A stretch of DNA of 64,000 nucleotides from the human T2T-CHM13v2.0 reference genome, Homo sapiens, in the NCBI RefSeq assembly GCF_009914755.1, contig NC_060948.1; one strand, given 5' to 3'. The translations under genes and the position numbers were made by a program. This document shows, one piece after another, positions 40,501-54,900 of the stretch. The notes under the pieces are model-generated. The model was not told the DNA's origin. It worked only from the letters and a program-made list of their open reading frames with translations, and made no database searches. Position 1 is the first letter of the stretch. Every line of letters begins with the position of its first letter.

Positions 40501-43500
40501 ATGGAGTGGAGTGGAATGGAGTGGAATGGAATGGAATGGAATGGAATGGAATGGAATGGAATGGAACGGAATGGAGTGGAATGGAATCGAATCACATGGA
40601 ACTGAATGAAACCGAATTGAATGAAATTGAATGGAGAAAATGGAATCAAATGGAATCAAATCGAACGGATTCGAATGTCATTGAATGGAATCGAAAGGAA
40701 TGCAGTGAGGTGGGGTTGAGTGGAATGGAGTGGAATGGAATGGGATGAATGGAATTGAATGGAGTGGAGTGGAATGGAATCATATGGAAAGGAATGGAAT
40801 TGAACAAAATGGAGTGTAGTAGAATGGAGTGGATTGGAGTGGAGTGCAGGGGAGTGCAGTGGAATGAAGAGGAGTGTAGTTGAATGGAATGGAATGTATG
40901 GAATGTACTGGAATAGAATGGATAAGAATGGAATGGAATGGAATCGCATGGAATTGAATAGAATCAAATCGAATTGAATAGAATCAAATGGAAAAAATGG
41001 AGTCAAATGGAATCGAATGGCATAGAATCGAACGGTTTTGAATGTCAGTGAATGGAAACGAATGGAATGCGATGAAGTGGAGCGCAGTGGAGTGGAAAGG
41101 AGTGCAATGGAATAGGGTGGAACTGAATTTAATGGAACAGAGTGGATTGGAGTGGACTGGAGTGGAATGGAATGGGAAGGAATGGGATTGAAAGGAGTGG
41201 CGTGCAGTGGAGTGGAGTGGCATGGAGTGGAGTGGAGTGGAATGGAGTGGAATGGAATGGAGTGGAATGGAGTGTATTGGAATGGAATGGAGTGCAGAGG
41301 AATGGAATGGAATGGTATAGAGTGGACAGGATTGGAGTGGAGCGGATTGGAATGGAATGGAATGGAATGGAATGGAACTGAATGGACTGGAATGGAATGG
41401 AATAGAATGGAATCACAGGGAATCAAATTGGATTGAATCGAATCGAATGGAAAAAATGAAATCAAATGAAATTGAATGGAATCGAAATGAATGTAAACAA
41501 TGGAATCCAATGGAATCCAATGGAATCGAATCAAATGGTTTTGAATGGCGTAAAATGAAATCGCAAGGAAGGCAGTGAATTGGAGTGGAGTGGAATAGAG
41601 AGGAATGAATTGGAATGGAGTGGAGTGGAATGGAGTGGATTCCAGTGGAGTGGAGTGGATTGGATTTTAATGGAATGGAATAGACTGGATTGGAGTGGTG
41701 TAGAGTGCAGTGGATTGGAGTGGAGAGGAATGGAGTGGAGTGAAGTCGAGTTGAGTGGAATGGAATGGAGTGGAGCAGAGTGGAATGCAAAAGAATGAAG
41801 TGGATTGGTGTGGAATGGAATGGCGTGGAATGGAGTGGAATAGAATGGAATGGAATCGCATGGAAGGATATCAAATCAAATGGAATCGAACGAAAATTAT
41901 GAATCCAATGGAATCAAAAGGATTCCAAAGGAAAGGATTCGAAAGGCCTTTAATGGAATGGAAAGGTATACAGTGAAGTGGAGTGCAGTGGAGTGGATTG
42001 TTTTAGAGTGAAATGGGGTGGATTGGAACACTATGTGATGGAGTGGAGTGTAGTGGATCGGAGTGGAGTGCCGTGGAGTGGACTAGAGTGGGGTGGAGTG
42101 GAGTGCATTGGAGTGGAATGGAGTGGAGTGGGGTGGAATGGAATGGAATGGCATCAAATCGCATGGTAATGAATCAAATGGAATCAAATGGAATGAAATA
42201 ATGGAATCGAAGGCAAACGAATGGAATCGAATTGCACTGATTCTACTGACTTCGAAGAAAATGAAATGAAATGCGGTGAAGTGGAGTGGAGTGGAATGTA
42301 TTAGGGTGGAATGGAATTGAATGGTGTGGAGTGGAGTGGAGTGCCCAGGAGTGGAATGGGAAGAAATGGAATTGAACGGAGTGGAGTGGAGTGGAATGGA
42401 GGGTAATGGAGTGGAATGGAGTGGAGTGGAGTAGAGTGGAATGGGTTGGAGTGGAATGCAGAGGACAGGAGTGGAGTGTGGTGGACTGGAGTGGAGTGGA
42501 GTTGAGTGGAGTGGATTGGATTGAAATAGAGCGGAGCAGAGTGGAATGGAATTGAATCACATGGTACTGAATCAAATCGAATGGAATTAAATCGAATGAA
42601 AAAACGGAATCAAAAGCAAACGAATGGAGTCAAACCACATTGGTTAGACTGACATCGAATAATATCAAAAGAAATGTGGTGAAGTGGAGTGGAGTGTAAT
42701 GAAATGGGGTGGAATGAAATTGAATGGAGTGGAGTGGAGTGGAGTCTACTGGAGTGGAATGGAATGGAATGGAAAGGAATGGAATAGAATGGAGTGAAGG
42801 GCAGTGCAGTGAAATGGAGTGGAAAGGAATGGAATGGAAAGAATTGAATCAAATGGAATCGAAGTGAATCGAATCTAATGAAATTGAACGCAAAAAATGG
42901 AATGAGTAGAATCGAAAAAGATGGATTCAAATGGCAACAAATAAAATTGAATGGAATGCGGTGAGGTGGAGGGGATTGGAATGGAGTTGAATGGAATGGG
43001 GTGTAATTGAATTGAATGGAGTGGAGTGGAGTGAACTGGAGTGGAATGGAATGGAATGGGCAGGCATGGAATTGAAAGGCGTGGAGTGGAGTGGAATTGA
43101 GAGGAGTGGAATGGAGTAGGGTGGATTGTGGTGGAGAATATTGGAAAAGAGTGGAGTGGAATGGAATGGAATGGAGTGGAGTGGAATGGAATGGAAAGGA
43201 ATTGAGTGAAGTGGAGTGTAGTGGAATGGAGAGTAATGGAGTGGAGTGGACTGGAGTGGAGTAGATTGCAGTGCATTGGACTGTAGGGGATAGAAGTGGC
43301 TTGGAGTCCATAGGAGTGGAGTGGAATAGAATGGAATGGAGTGGAATGGACTGGAACGGAATGGAATGGAATGGATTTAAATGGCAGGGAATCAAATCGA
43401 ATTGAATCATATTGAATCAAGTCGAATCGAGTGGAGGAAAGAAATCGAATGAAATCGAATGGAATGAATTGAATGGAGTCGAACATCAACCATGGAATCG

Positions 43501-46500
43501 AAAGTAATGTGGTAAAGTGGAGTGGAGTGTTATGGAGTGGAATGGAAGGGGGTGACATGGAATTGAATACAATGGAGAGGAGTGGAGTGGATTGGGCTAG
43601 AGTGGAACGGAAAGGGAAGGAATGGAACTGAATGGAGTGGAGTGGAATGGAGCGGAATGGAATGGAATGGAATGGAATGGAATGGAATGGAATGGAACGG
43701 AATGGAGTGGAATGGAATCGAATGACATGGAACTGAATGAAACCGAATTGAATGAAATTGAATGGAGAAAATGGAATCAAATGGAATCAAATCGAACGGA
43801 TTCGAATGTCATTGAATGGAATCGAAAGGAATGCAGTGAGGTGGGGTTGAGTGGAATGGAGTGGAATGGAATGGGATGAGTGGAATTGAATGGAGTGGAG
43901 TGGAATGGAATGGAATGGAAAGGAATGGAATTGAACAAAATGGAGTGTAATAGAATGGAGTGGATTGGAGTGGAGTGCAGGGGAGTGCAGTGGAATGAAG
44001 AGGAGTGTAGTTGAATGGAATGGGATGTATGGAATGTACTGGAATAGAATGGATAAGAATGGAATGGAATGGAATCGCATGGAATTGAATAGAATCAAAT
44101 CGAATTGAATAGAATCTAATGGAAAAAATGGAGTCAAATGGAATCGAATGGCATAGAATCGAACGGTTTTGAATGGCAGTGAAGGGAAACGAATGGAATG
44201 CGATGAAGTGGAGCGCAGTGGAGTGGAAAGGAGTGCAATGGAATAGGGTGGAACTGAATTTAATGGAACAGAGTGGATTGGAGTGGACTGGAGTGGAATG
44301 GAATGGGAAGGAATGGGATTGAAAGGAGTGGCGTGCAGTGGAGTGGAGTGGCATGGAGTGGAGTGGAGTGGAATGGAGTGGAATGGAATGGAGTGGAATG
44401 GAGTGGATTGGAATGGAATGGAGTGCAGAGGAATGGAATGGAATGGTAGAGAGTGGACAGGAATGGAGTGGAGCGGATTGGAATGGAATGGAATGGAACT
44501 GAATGGACTGGAATGGAATGGAATAGAATGGAATCACAGGGAATCAAATTGGATTGAATCGAATCGAATGGAAAAAATGAAATCAAATGAAATTGAATGG
44601 AATCGAAATGAATGTAAACAATGGAATCCAATGGAATCCAATGGAATCGAATCAAATGGTTTTGAATGGCGTAAAATGAGATCGCAAGGAAGGCAGTGAA
44701 TTGGAGTGGAGTGGAATAGAGAGGAATGAATTGGAATGGAGTGGAGTGGAATGGAGTGGATTCCAGTGGAGTGGAGTGGATTGGATTTTAATGGAATGGA
44801 ATAGACTGGATTGGAGTGGTGTAGAGTGCAGTGGATTGGAGTGGAGAGGAATGGAGTGGAGTGAAGTCGAGTTGAGTGGAATGGAATGGAGTGGAGCAGA
44901 GTGGAATGCAAAAGAATGAAGTGGATTGGTGTGGAATGGAATGGCGTGGAATGGAGTGGAATAGAATGGAATGGAATCGCATGGAAGGATATCAAATCAA
45001 ATGGAATCGAAGGAAAATTATGAATCCAATGGAATCGAAAAGATTCCAAAGGAACGGATTCGAAAGGCCTTTAATGGAATGGAAAGGTATGCAGTGAAGT
45101 GGAGTGGAGTGGAGTGGATTGTTTTAGAGTGAAATGGGGTGGATTGGAACACTATGTGGTGGAGTGGAGTGTAGTGGATCGGAGTGGAGTGCCGTGGAGT
45201 GGACTAGAGTGGGGTGGAGTGGAGTGCATTGGAGTGGAATGGAGTGGAGTGGGGTGGAATGGAATGGAATGGCATCAAATCGCATGGTAATGAATCAAAT
45301 GGAATCAAATGGAATGAAATAATGGAATCGAAGGCAAACGAATGGAATCGAATTGCACTGATTCTACTGACTTCGAAGAAAATGAAATGAAATGCGGTGA
45401 AGTGGAGTGGAGTGGAATGTATTAGGGTGGAATGGAATTGAATGGTGTGGAGTGGAGTGGAGTGCCCAGGAGTGGAATGGGAAGAAATGGAATTGAACGG
45501 AGTGGAGTGGAGTGTAATGGAGGGTAATGGAGTGGAATGGAGTGGAGTGGAGTAGAGTGGAATGGGTTGGAGTGGAATGCAGAGGACAGGAGTGGAGTGT
45601 GGTGGACTGGAGTGGAGTGGAGTTGAGTGGAGTGGATTGGATTGAAATAGAGCGGAGCAGAGTGGAATGGAATTGAATCACATGGTACTGAATCAAATCG
45701 AATGGAATTAAATCGAATGAAAAAACGGAATCAAAAGCAAACGAATGGAGTCAAACCACATTGGTTAGACTGACATCGAATAATATCAAAAGAAATGTGG
45801 TGAAGTGGAGTGGAGTGTAATGAAATGGGGTGGAATGAAATTGAATGGAGTGGAGTGGAGTGGAGTCTACTGGAGTGGAATGGAATGGAATGGAAAGGAA
45901 TGGAATAGAATGGAGTGAAGGGCAGTGCAGTGAAATGGAGTGGAAAGGAATGGAATGGAAAGAATTGAATCAAATGGAATCGAAGTGAATCGAATCTAAT
46001 GAAATTGAACGCAAAAAATGGAATGAGTAGAATCGAAAAAGATGGATTCAAATGGCAACAAATAAAATTGAATGGAATGCGGTGAGGTGGAGGGGATTGG
46101 AATGGAGTTGAATGGAATGGGGTGTAATTGAATTGAATGGAGTGGAGTGGAGTGAACTGGAGTGGAATGGAATGGAATGGGCCGGCATGGAATTGAAAGG
46201 CGTGGAATGGAGTGGAGTTGAGATGAGTGGAATGGAGTAGGGTGGATTGTGGTGGAGAATATTGGAAAAGAGTGGAGTGGAATGGAATGGAATGGAGTGG
46301 AGTGGAATGGAATGGAATGGAATTGAGTGAAGTGGAGTGTAGTGGAATGGAGAGTAATGGAGTGGAGTGGACTGGAGTGGAGTAGATTGCAGTGCATTGG
46401 ACTGTAGGGGATAGAAGTGGCTTGGAGTCCATAGGAGTGGAGTGGAATGGAATGGAATGGAGTGGAATGGACTGGAACGGAATGGAATGGAATGGATTTA

Positions 46501-49500
46501 AATGGCAGGGAATCAAATCGAATTGAATCATATTGAATCAAGTCGAATCGAGTGGAGGAAAGAAATCGAATGAAATCGAATGGAATGAATTGAATGGAGT
46601 CGAATATCAACCATGGAATCGAAAGTAATGTGGTAAAGTGGAGTGGAGTGTTATGGAGTGGAATGGAATGGGGTGACATGGAATTGAATACAGTGGAGAG
46701 GAGTGGAGTGGATTGGGCTAGAGTGGAACGGAAAGGGAAGGAATGAAACTGAATGGAGTGGAGTGGAATGGAGTGGAATGGAATGGAATGGAATGGAATG
46801 GAATGGAATGGAATGGAATGGAATGGAACGGAATGGAGTGGAATGGAATCGAATCACATGGAACTGAATGAAACCGAATTGAATGAAATTGAAAGGAGAA
46901 AATGGAATCAAATGGAATCAAGTCGAACTGATTCGAATGTCATTGAATGGAATCGAAAGGAATGCAGTGAGGTGGGGTTGAGTGGAATGGAGTGGAATGG
47001 AATGGGATGAATGGAATTGAATGGAGTGGAGTGGAATGGAATGGAATGGAAAGGAATGGAATTGAACAAAATGGAGTGTAGTAGAATGGAGTGGATTGGA
47101 GTGGAGTGCAGGGGAGTGCAGTGGAATGAAGAGGAGTGTAGTTGAATGGAATGGAATGTATGGAATGTACTGGAATAGAATGGATAAGAATGGAATGGAA
47201 TGGAATCGCATGGAATTGAATAGAATCAAATCGAATTGAATAGAATCAAATGGAAAAAATGGAGTCAAATGGAATCGAATGGCATAGAATCGAACGGTTT
47301 TGAATGTCAGTGAATGGAAACGAATGGAATGCGATGAAGTGGAGCGCAGTGGAGTGGAAAGGAGTGCAATGGAATAGGGTGGAACTGAACTTAATGGAAC
47401 AGAGTGGATTGGAGTGGACTGGAGTGGAATGGAATGGGAAGGAATGGGATTGAAAGGAGTGGCGTGCAGTGGAGTGGAGTGGCATGGAGTGGAGTGGAGT
47501 GGAATGGAGTGGAATGGAATGGAGTGGAATGGAGTGTATTGGAATGGAATGGAGTGCAGAGGAATGGAATGGAATGGTATAGAGTGGACAGGATTGGAGT
47601 GGAGCGGATTGGAATGGAATGGAATGGAATGGAATGGAACTGAATGGACTGGAATGGAATGGAATAGAATGGAATCACAGGGAATCAAATTGGATTGAAT
47701 CGAATCGAATGGAAAAAATGAAATCAAATGAAATTGAATGGAATCGAAATGAATGTAAACAATGGAATCCAATGGAATCCAATGGAATCGAATCAAATGG
47801 TTTTGAATGGCGTAAAATGAAATCGCAAGGAAGGCAGTGAATTGGAGTGGAGTGGAATAGAGAGGAATGAATTGGAATGGAGTGGAGTGGAATGGAGTGG
47901 ATTCCAGTGGAGTGGAGTGGATTGGATTTTAATGGAATGGAATAGACTGGATTGGAGTGGTGTAGAGTGCAGTGGATTGGAGTGGAGAGGAATGGAGTGG
48001 AGTGAAGTCGAGTTGAGTGGAATGGAATGGAGTGGAGCAGAGTGGAATGCAAAAGAATGAAGTGGATTGGTGTGGAATGGAATGGCGTGGAATGGAGTGG
48101 AATAGAATGGAATGGAATCGCATGGAAGGATATCAAATCAAATGGAATCGAACGAAAATTATGAATCCAATGGAATCAAAAGGATTCCAAAGGAACGGAT
48201 TCGAAAGGCCTTTAATGGAATGGAAAGGTATGCAGTGAAGTGGAGTGGAGTGGAGTGGATTGTTTTAGAGTGAAATGGGGTGGATTGGAACAGTATGTGG
48301 TGGAGTGGAGTGTAGTGGATCGGAGTGGAGTGCCGTGGAGTGGACTAGAGTGGGGTGGAGTGGAGTGCATTGGAGTGGAATGGAGTGGAGTGGGGTGGAA
48401 TGGAATGGAATGGCATCAAATCGCATGGTAATGAATCAAATGGAATCAAATGGAATGAAATAATGGAATCGAAGGCAAACGAATGGAATCGAATTGCACT
48501 GATTCTACTGACTTCGAAGAAAATGAAATGAAATGCGGTGAAGTGGAGTGGAGTGGAATGTATTAGGGTGGAATGGAATTGAATGGTGTGGAGTGGAGTG
48601 GAGTGCCCAGGAGTGGAATGGGAAGAAATGGAATTGAACGGAGTGGAGTGGAGTGGAATGGAGGGTAATGGAGTGGAATGGAGTGGAGTGGAGTAGAGTG
48701 GAATGGGTTGGAGTGGAATGCAGAGGACAGGAGTGGAGTGTGGTGGACTGGAGTGGAGTGGAGTTGAGTGGAGTGGATTGGATTGAAATAGAGCGGAGCA
48801 GAGTGGAATGGAATTGAATCACATGGTACTGAATCAAATCGAATGGAATTAAATCGAATGAAAAAACGGAATCAAAAGCAAACGAATGGAGTCAAACCAC
48901 ATTGGTTAGACTGACATCGAATAATATCAAAAGAAATGTGGTGAAGTGGAGTGGAGTGTAATGAAATGGGGTGGAATGAAATTGAATGGAGTGGAGTGGA
49001 GTGGAGTCTACTGGAGTGGAATGGAATGGAATGGAAAGGAATGGAATAGAATGGAGTGAAGTGCAGTGCAGTGAAATGGAGTGGAAAGGAATGGAATGGA
49101 AAGAATTGAATCAAATGGAATCGAAGTGAATCGAATCTAATGAAATTGAACGCAAAAAATGGAATGAGTAGAATCGAAAAAGATGGATTCAAATGGCAAC
49201 AAATAAAATTGAATGGAATGCGGTGAGGTGGAGGGGATTGGAATGGAGTTGAATGGAATGGGGTGTAATTGAATTGAATGGAGTGTAGTGGAGTGAACTG
49301 GAGTGGAATGGAATGGAATGGGCAGGCATGGAATTGAAAGGCGTGGAGTGGAGTGGAATTGAGAGGAGTGGAATGGAGTAGGGAGGATTGTGGTGGAGAA
49401 TATTGGAAAAGAGTGGAGTGGAATGGAATGGAATGGAGTGGAGTGGAATGGAATGGAAAGGAATTGAGTGAAGTGGAGTGTAGTGGAATGGAGAGTAATG

Positions 49501-51957
49501 GAGTGGAGTGGACTGGAGTGGAGTAGATTGCAGTGCATTGGACTGTAGGGGATAGAAGTGGCTTGGAGTCCATAGGAGTGGAGTGGAATGGAATGGAATG
49601 GAGTGGAATGGACTGGAACGGAATGGAATGGAATGGATTTAAATGGCAGGGAATCAAATCGAATTGAATCATATTGAATCAAGTCGAATCGAGTGGAGGA
49701 AAGAAATCGAATGAAATCGAATGGAATGAATTGAATGGAGTCGAATATCAACCATGGAATCGAAAGTAATGTGGTAAAGTGGAGTGGAGTGTTATGGAGT
49801 GGAATGGAATGGGGTGACATGGAATTGAATACAGTGGAGAGGAGTGGAGTGGATTGGGCTAGAGTGGAACGGAAAGGGAAGGAATGGAACTGAATGGAGT
49901 GGAGTGGAATGGAGTAGAATGGAATGGAATGGAATGGAATGGAATGGAATGGAATGGAACGGAATGGAGTGGAATGGAATCGAATGACATGGAACTGAAT
50001 GAAACCGAATTGAATGAAATTGAATGGAGAAAATGGAATCAAATGGAATCAAATCGAACGGATTCGAATGTCATTGAATGGAATCGAAAGGAATGCAGTG
50101 AGGTGGGGTTGGGTGGAATGGAGTGGAATGGAATGGGATGAATGGAATTGAATGGAGTGGAGTGGAATGGAATGGAATGGAAAGGAATGGAATTGAACAA
50201 AATGGAGTGTAGTAGAATGGAGTGGATTGGAGTGGAGTGCAGGGGAGTGCAGTGGAATGAAGAGGAGTGTAGTTGAATGGAATGGGATGTATGGAATGTA
50301 CTGGAATAGAATGGATAAGAATGGAATGGAATGGAATCGCATGGAATTGAATAGAATCAAATCGAATTGAATAGAATCTAATGGAAAAAATGGAGTCAAA
50401 TGGAATCGAATGGCATAGAATCGAACGGTTTTGAATGTCAGTGAATGGAAACGAATGGAATGCGATGAAGTGGAGCGCAGTGGAGTGGAAAGGAGTGCAA
50501 TGGAATAGGGTGGAACTGAATTTAATGGAACAGAGTGGATTGGAGTGGACTGGAGTGGAATGGAATGGGAAGGAATGGGATTGAAAGGAGTGGCGTGCAG
50601 TGGAGTGGAGTGGCATGGAGTGGAGTGGAGTGGAATGGAGTGGAATGGAATGGAGTGGAATGGAGTGGATTGGAATGGAATGGAGTGCAGAGGAATGAAA
50701 TGGAATGGTATAGAGTGGACAGGAATGGAGTGGAGCGGATTGGAATGGAATGGAATGGAACTGAATGGACTGGAATGGAATGGAATAGAATGGAATCACA
50801 GGGAATCAAATTGGATTGAATCGAATCGAATGGAAAAAATGAAATCAAATGAAATTGAATGGAATCGAAATGAATGTAAACAATGGAATCCAATGGAATC
50901 CAATGGAATCGAATCAAATGGTTTTGAATGGCGTAAAATGAGATCGCAAGGAAGGCAGTGAATTCTAGTGGAGTGGAATAGAGAGGAATGAATTGGAATG
51001 GAGTGGAGTGGAATGGAGTGGATTCCAGTGGAGTGGAGTGGATTGGATTTTAATGGAATGGAATAGACTGGATTGGAGTGGCGTAGAGTGCAGTGGATTG
51101 GAGTGGAGAGGAATGGAGTGGAGTGAAGTCGAGTTGAGTGTAATGGAATGGAGTGGAGCAGAGTGGAATGCAAAAGAATGAAGTGGATTGGTGTGGAATG
51201 GAATGGCGTGGAATGGAGTGGAATAGAATGGAATGGAATCGCATGGAAGGATATCAAATCAAATGGAATCGAAGGAAAATTATGAATCCAATGGAATCGA
51301 AAGCATTCCAAAGGAACGGATTCGAAAGGCATTTAATGGAATGGAAAGGTATGCAGTGAAGTGGAGTGGAGTGGAGTGGATTGTTTTAGAGTGAAATGGG
51401 GTGGATTGGAACACTATGTGGTGGAGTGGAGTGTAGTGGATCGGAGTGGAGTGCCGTGGAGTGGACTAGAGTGGGGTGGAGTGGAGTGCATTGGAGTGGA
51501 ATGGAGTGGAGTGGGGTGGAATGGAATGGAATGGCATCAAATCGCATGGTAATGAATCAAATGGAATCAAATGGAATGAAATAATGGAATAGAAGGCAAA
51601 CGAATGGAATCGAATTGCACTGTTTCTACTGACTTCGAAGAAAATGAAATGAAATGCGGTGAAGTGGAGTGGAGTGGAATGTATTAGGGTGGAATGGAAT
51701 TGAATGGTGTGGAGTGGAGTGGAGTGCCCAGGAGTGGAATGGGAAGAAATGGAATTGAACGGAGTGGAGTGGAGTGGAATGGAGGGTAATGGAGTGGAAT
51801 GGAGTGGAGTGGAGTAGATTGGAATGGGTTGGAGTGGAATGCAGAGGACAGGAGTGGAGTGTGGTGGACTGGAGTGGAGTGGAGTTGAGTGGAGTGGATT
51901 GGATTGAAATAGAGCGGAGCAGAGTGGAATGGAATTGAATCACATGGTACTGAATCA

Positions 51958-54900
51958 AATCGAATGGAATTAAATCGAATGAAAAAACGGAATCAAAAGC
52001 AAACGAATGGAGTCAAACCACATTGGTTAGACTGACATCGAATAATATCAAAAGAAATGTGGTGAAGTGGAGTGGAGTGTAATGAAATGGGGTGGAATGA
52101 AATTGAATGGAGTGGAGTGGAGTGGAGTCTACTGGAGTGGAATGGAATGGAATGGAAAGGAATGGAATAGAATGGAGTGAAGGGCAGTGCAGTGAAATGG
52201 AGTGGAAAGGAATGGAATGGAAAGAATTGAATCAAATGGAATCGAAGTGAATCGAATCTAATGAAATTGAACGCAAAAAATGGAATGAGTAGAATCGAAA
52301 AAGATGGATTCAAATGGCAACAAATAAAATTGAATGGAATGCGGTGAGGTGGAGGGGATTGGAATGGAGTTGAATGGAATGGGGTGTAATTGAATTGAAT
52401 GGAGTGGAGTGGAGTGAACTGGAGTGGAATGGAATGGAATGGGCCGGCATGGAATTGAAAGGCGTGGACTGGAGTGGAGTTGAGATGAGTGGAATGGAGT
52501 AGGGTGGATTGTGGTGGAGAATATTGGAAAAGAGTGGAGTGGAATGGAATGGAATGGAGTGGAGTGGAATGGAATGGAATGGAATTGAGTGAAGTGGAGT
52601 GTAGTGGAATGGGGAGTAATGGAGTGGAGTGGACTGGAGTGGAGTAGATTGCAGTGCATTGGACTGTAGGGGATAGAAGTGGCTTGGAGTCCATAGGAGT
52701 GGAGTGGAATGGAATGGAATGGAGTGGAATGGACTGGAACGGAATGGAATGGAATGGATTTAAATGGCAGGGAATCAAATCGAATTGAATCATATTGAAT
52801 CAAGTCGAATCGAGTGGAGGAAAGAAATCGAATGAAATCGAATGGAATGAATTGAATGGAGTCGAATATCAACCATGGAATCGAAAGTAATGTGGTAAAG
52901 TGGAGTGGAGTGTTATGGAGTGGAATGGAAGGGGGTGACATGGAATTGAATACAGTGGAGAGGAGTGGAGTGGATTGGGCTAGAGTGGAAAGGAAAGGGA
53001 AGGAATGAAACTGAATGGAGTGGAGTGGAATGGAGTGGAATGGAATGGAATGGAATGGAATGGAATGGAATGGAATGGAACGGAATGGAGTGGAATGGAA
53101 TCGAATCACATGGAACTGAATGAAACCGAATTGAATGAAATTGAATGGAGAAAATGGAATCAAATGGAATCAAATCGAACGGATTCGAATGTCATTGAAT
53201 GGAATCGAAAGGAATGCAGTGAGGTGGGGTTGAGTGGAATGGAGTGGAATGGAATGGGATGAATGGAATTGAATGGAGTGGAGTGGAATGGAATCATATG
53301 GAAAGGAATGGAATTGAACAAAATGGAGTGTAGTAGAATGGAGTGGATTGGAGTGGAGTGCAGGGGAGTGCAGTGGAATGAAGAGGAGTGTAGTTGAATG
53401 GAATGGAATGTATGGAATGTACTGGAATAGAATGGATAAGAATGGAATGGAATGGAATCGCATGGAATTGAATAGAATCAAATCGAATTGAATAGAATCA
53501 AATGGAAAAAATGGAGTCAAATGGAATCGAATGGCATAGAATCGAACGGTTTTGAATGTCAGTGAATGGAAACGAATGGAATGCGATGAAGTGGAGCGCA
53601 GTGGAGTGGAAAGGAGTGCAATGGAATAGGGTGGAACTGAATTTAATGGAACAGAGTGGATTGGAGTGGACTGGAGTGGAATGGAATGGGAAGGAATGGG
53701 ATTGAAAGGAGTGGCGTGCAGTGGAGTGGAGTGGCATGGAGTGGAGTGGAGTGGAATGGAGTGGAATGGAATGGAGTGGAATGGAGTGTATTGGAATGGA
53801 ATGGAGTGCAGAGGAATGGAATGGAATGGTATAGAGTGGACAGGATTGGAGTGGAGCGGATTGGAATGGAATGGAATGGAATGGAATGGAACTGAATGGA
53901 CTGGAATGGAATGGAATAGAATGGAATCACAGGGAATCAAATTGGATTGAATCGAATCGAATGGAAAAAATGAAATCAAATGAAATTGAATGGAATCGAA
54001 ATGAATGTAAACAATGGAATCCAATGGAATCCAATGGAATCGAATCAAATGGTTTTGAATGGCGTAAAATGAAATCGCAAGGAAGGCAGTGAATTGGAGT
54101 GGAGTGGAATAGAGAGGAATGAATTGGAATGGAGTGGAGTGGAATGGAGTGGATTCCAGTGGAGTGGAGTGGATTGGATTTTAATGGAATGGAATAGACT
54201 GGATTGGAGTGGTGTAGAGTGCAGTGGATTGGAGTGGAGAGGAATGGAGTGGAGTGAAGTCGAGTTGAGTGGAATGGAATGGAGTGGAGCAGAGTGGAAT
54301 GCAAAAGAATGAAGTGGATTGGTGTGGAATGGAATGGCGTGGAATGGAGTGGAATAGAATGGAATGGAATCGCATGGAAGGATATCAAATCAAATGGAAT
54401 CGAACGAAAATTATGAATCCAATGGAATCAAAAGGATTCCAAAGGAAAGGATTCGAAAGGCCTTTAATGGAATGGAAAGGTATACAGTGAAGTGGAGTGC
54501 AGTGGAGTGGATTGTTTTAGAGTGAAATGGGGTGGATTGGAACACTATGTGATGGAGTGGAGTGTAGTGGATCGGAGTGGAGTGCCGTGGAGTGGACTAG
54601 AGTGGGGTGGAGTGGAGTGCATTGGAGTGGAATGGAGTGGAGTGGGGTGGAATGGAATGGAATGGCATCAAATCGCATGGTAATGAATCAAATGGAATCA
54701 AATGGAATGAAATAATGGAATCGAAGGCAAACGAATGGAATCGAATTGCACTGATTCTACTGACTTCGAAGAAAATGAAATGAAATGCGGTGAAGTGGAG
54801 TGGAGTGGAATGTATTAGGGTGGAATGGAATTGAATGGTGTGGAGTGGAGTGGAGTGCCCAGGAGTGGAATGGGAAGAAATGGAATTGAACGGAGTGGAG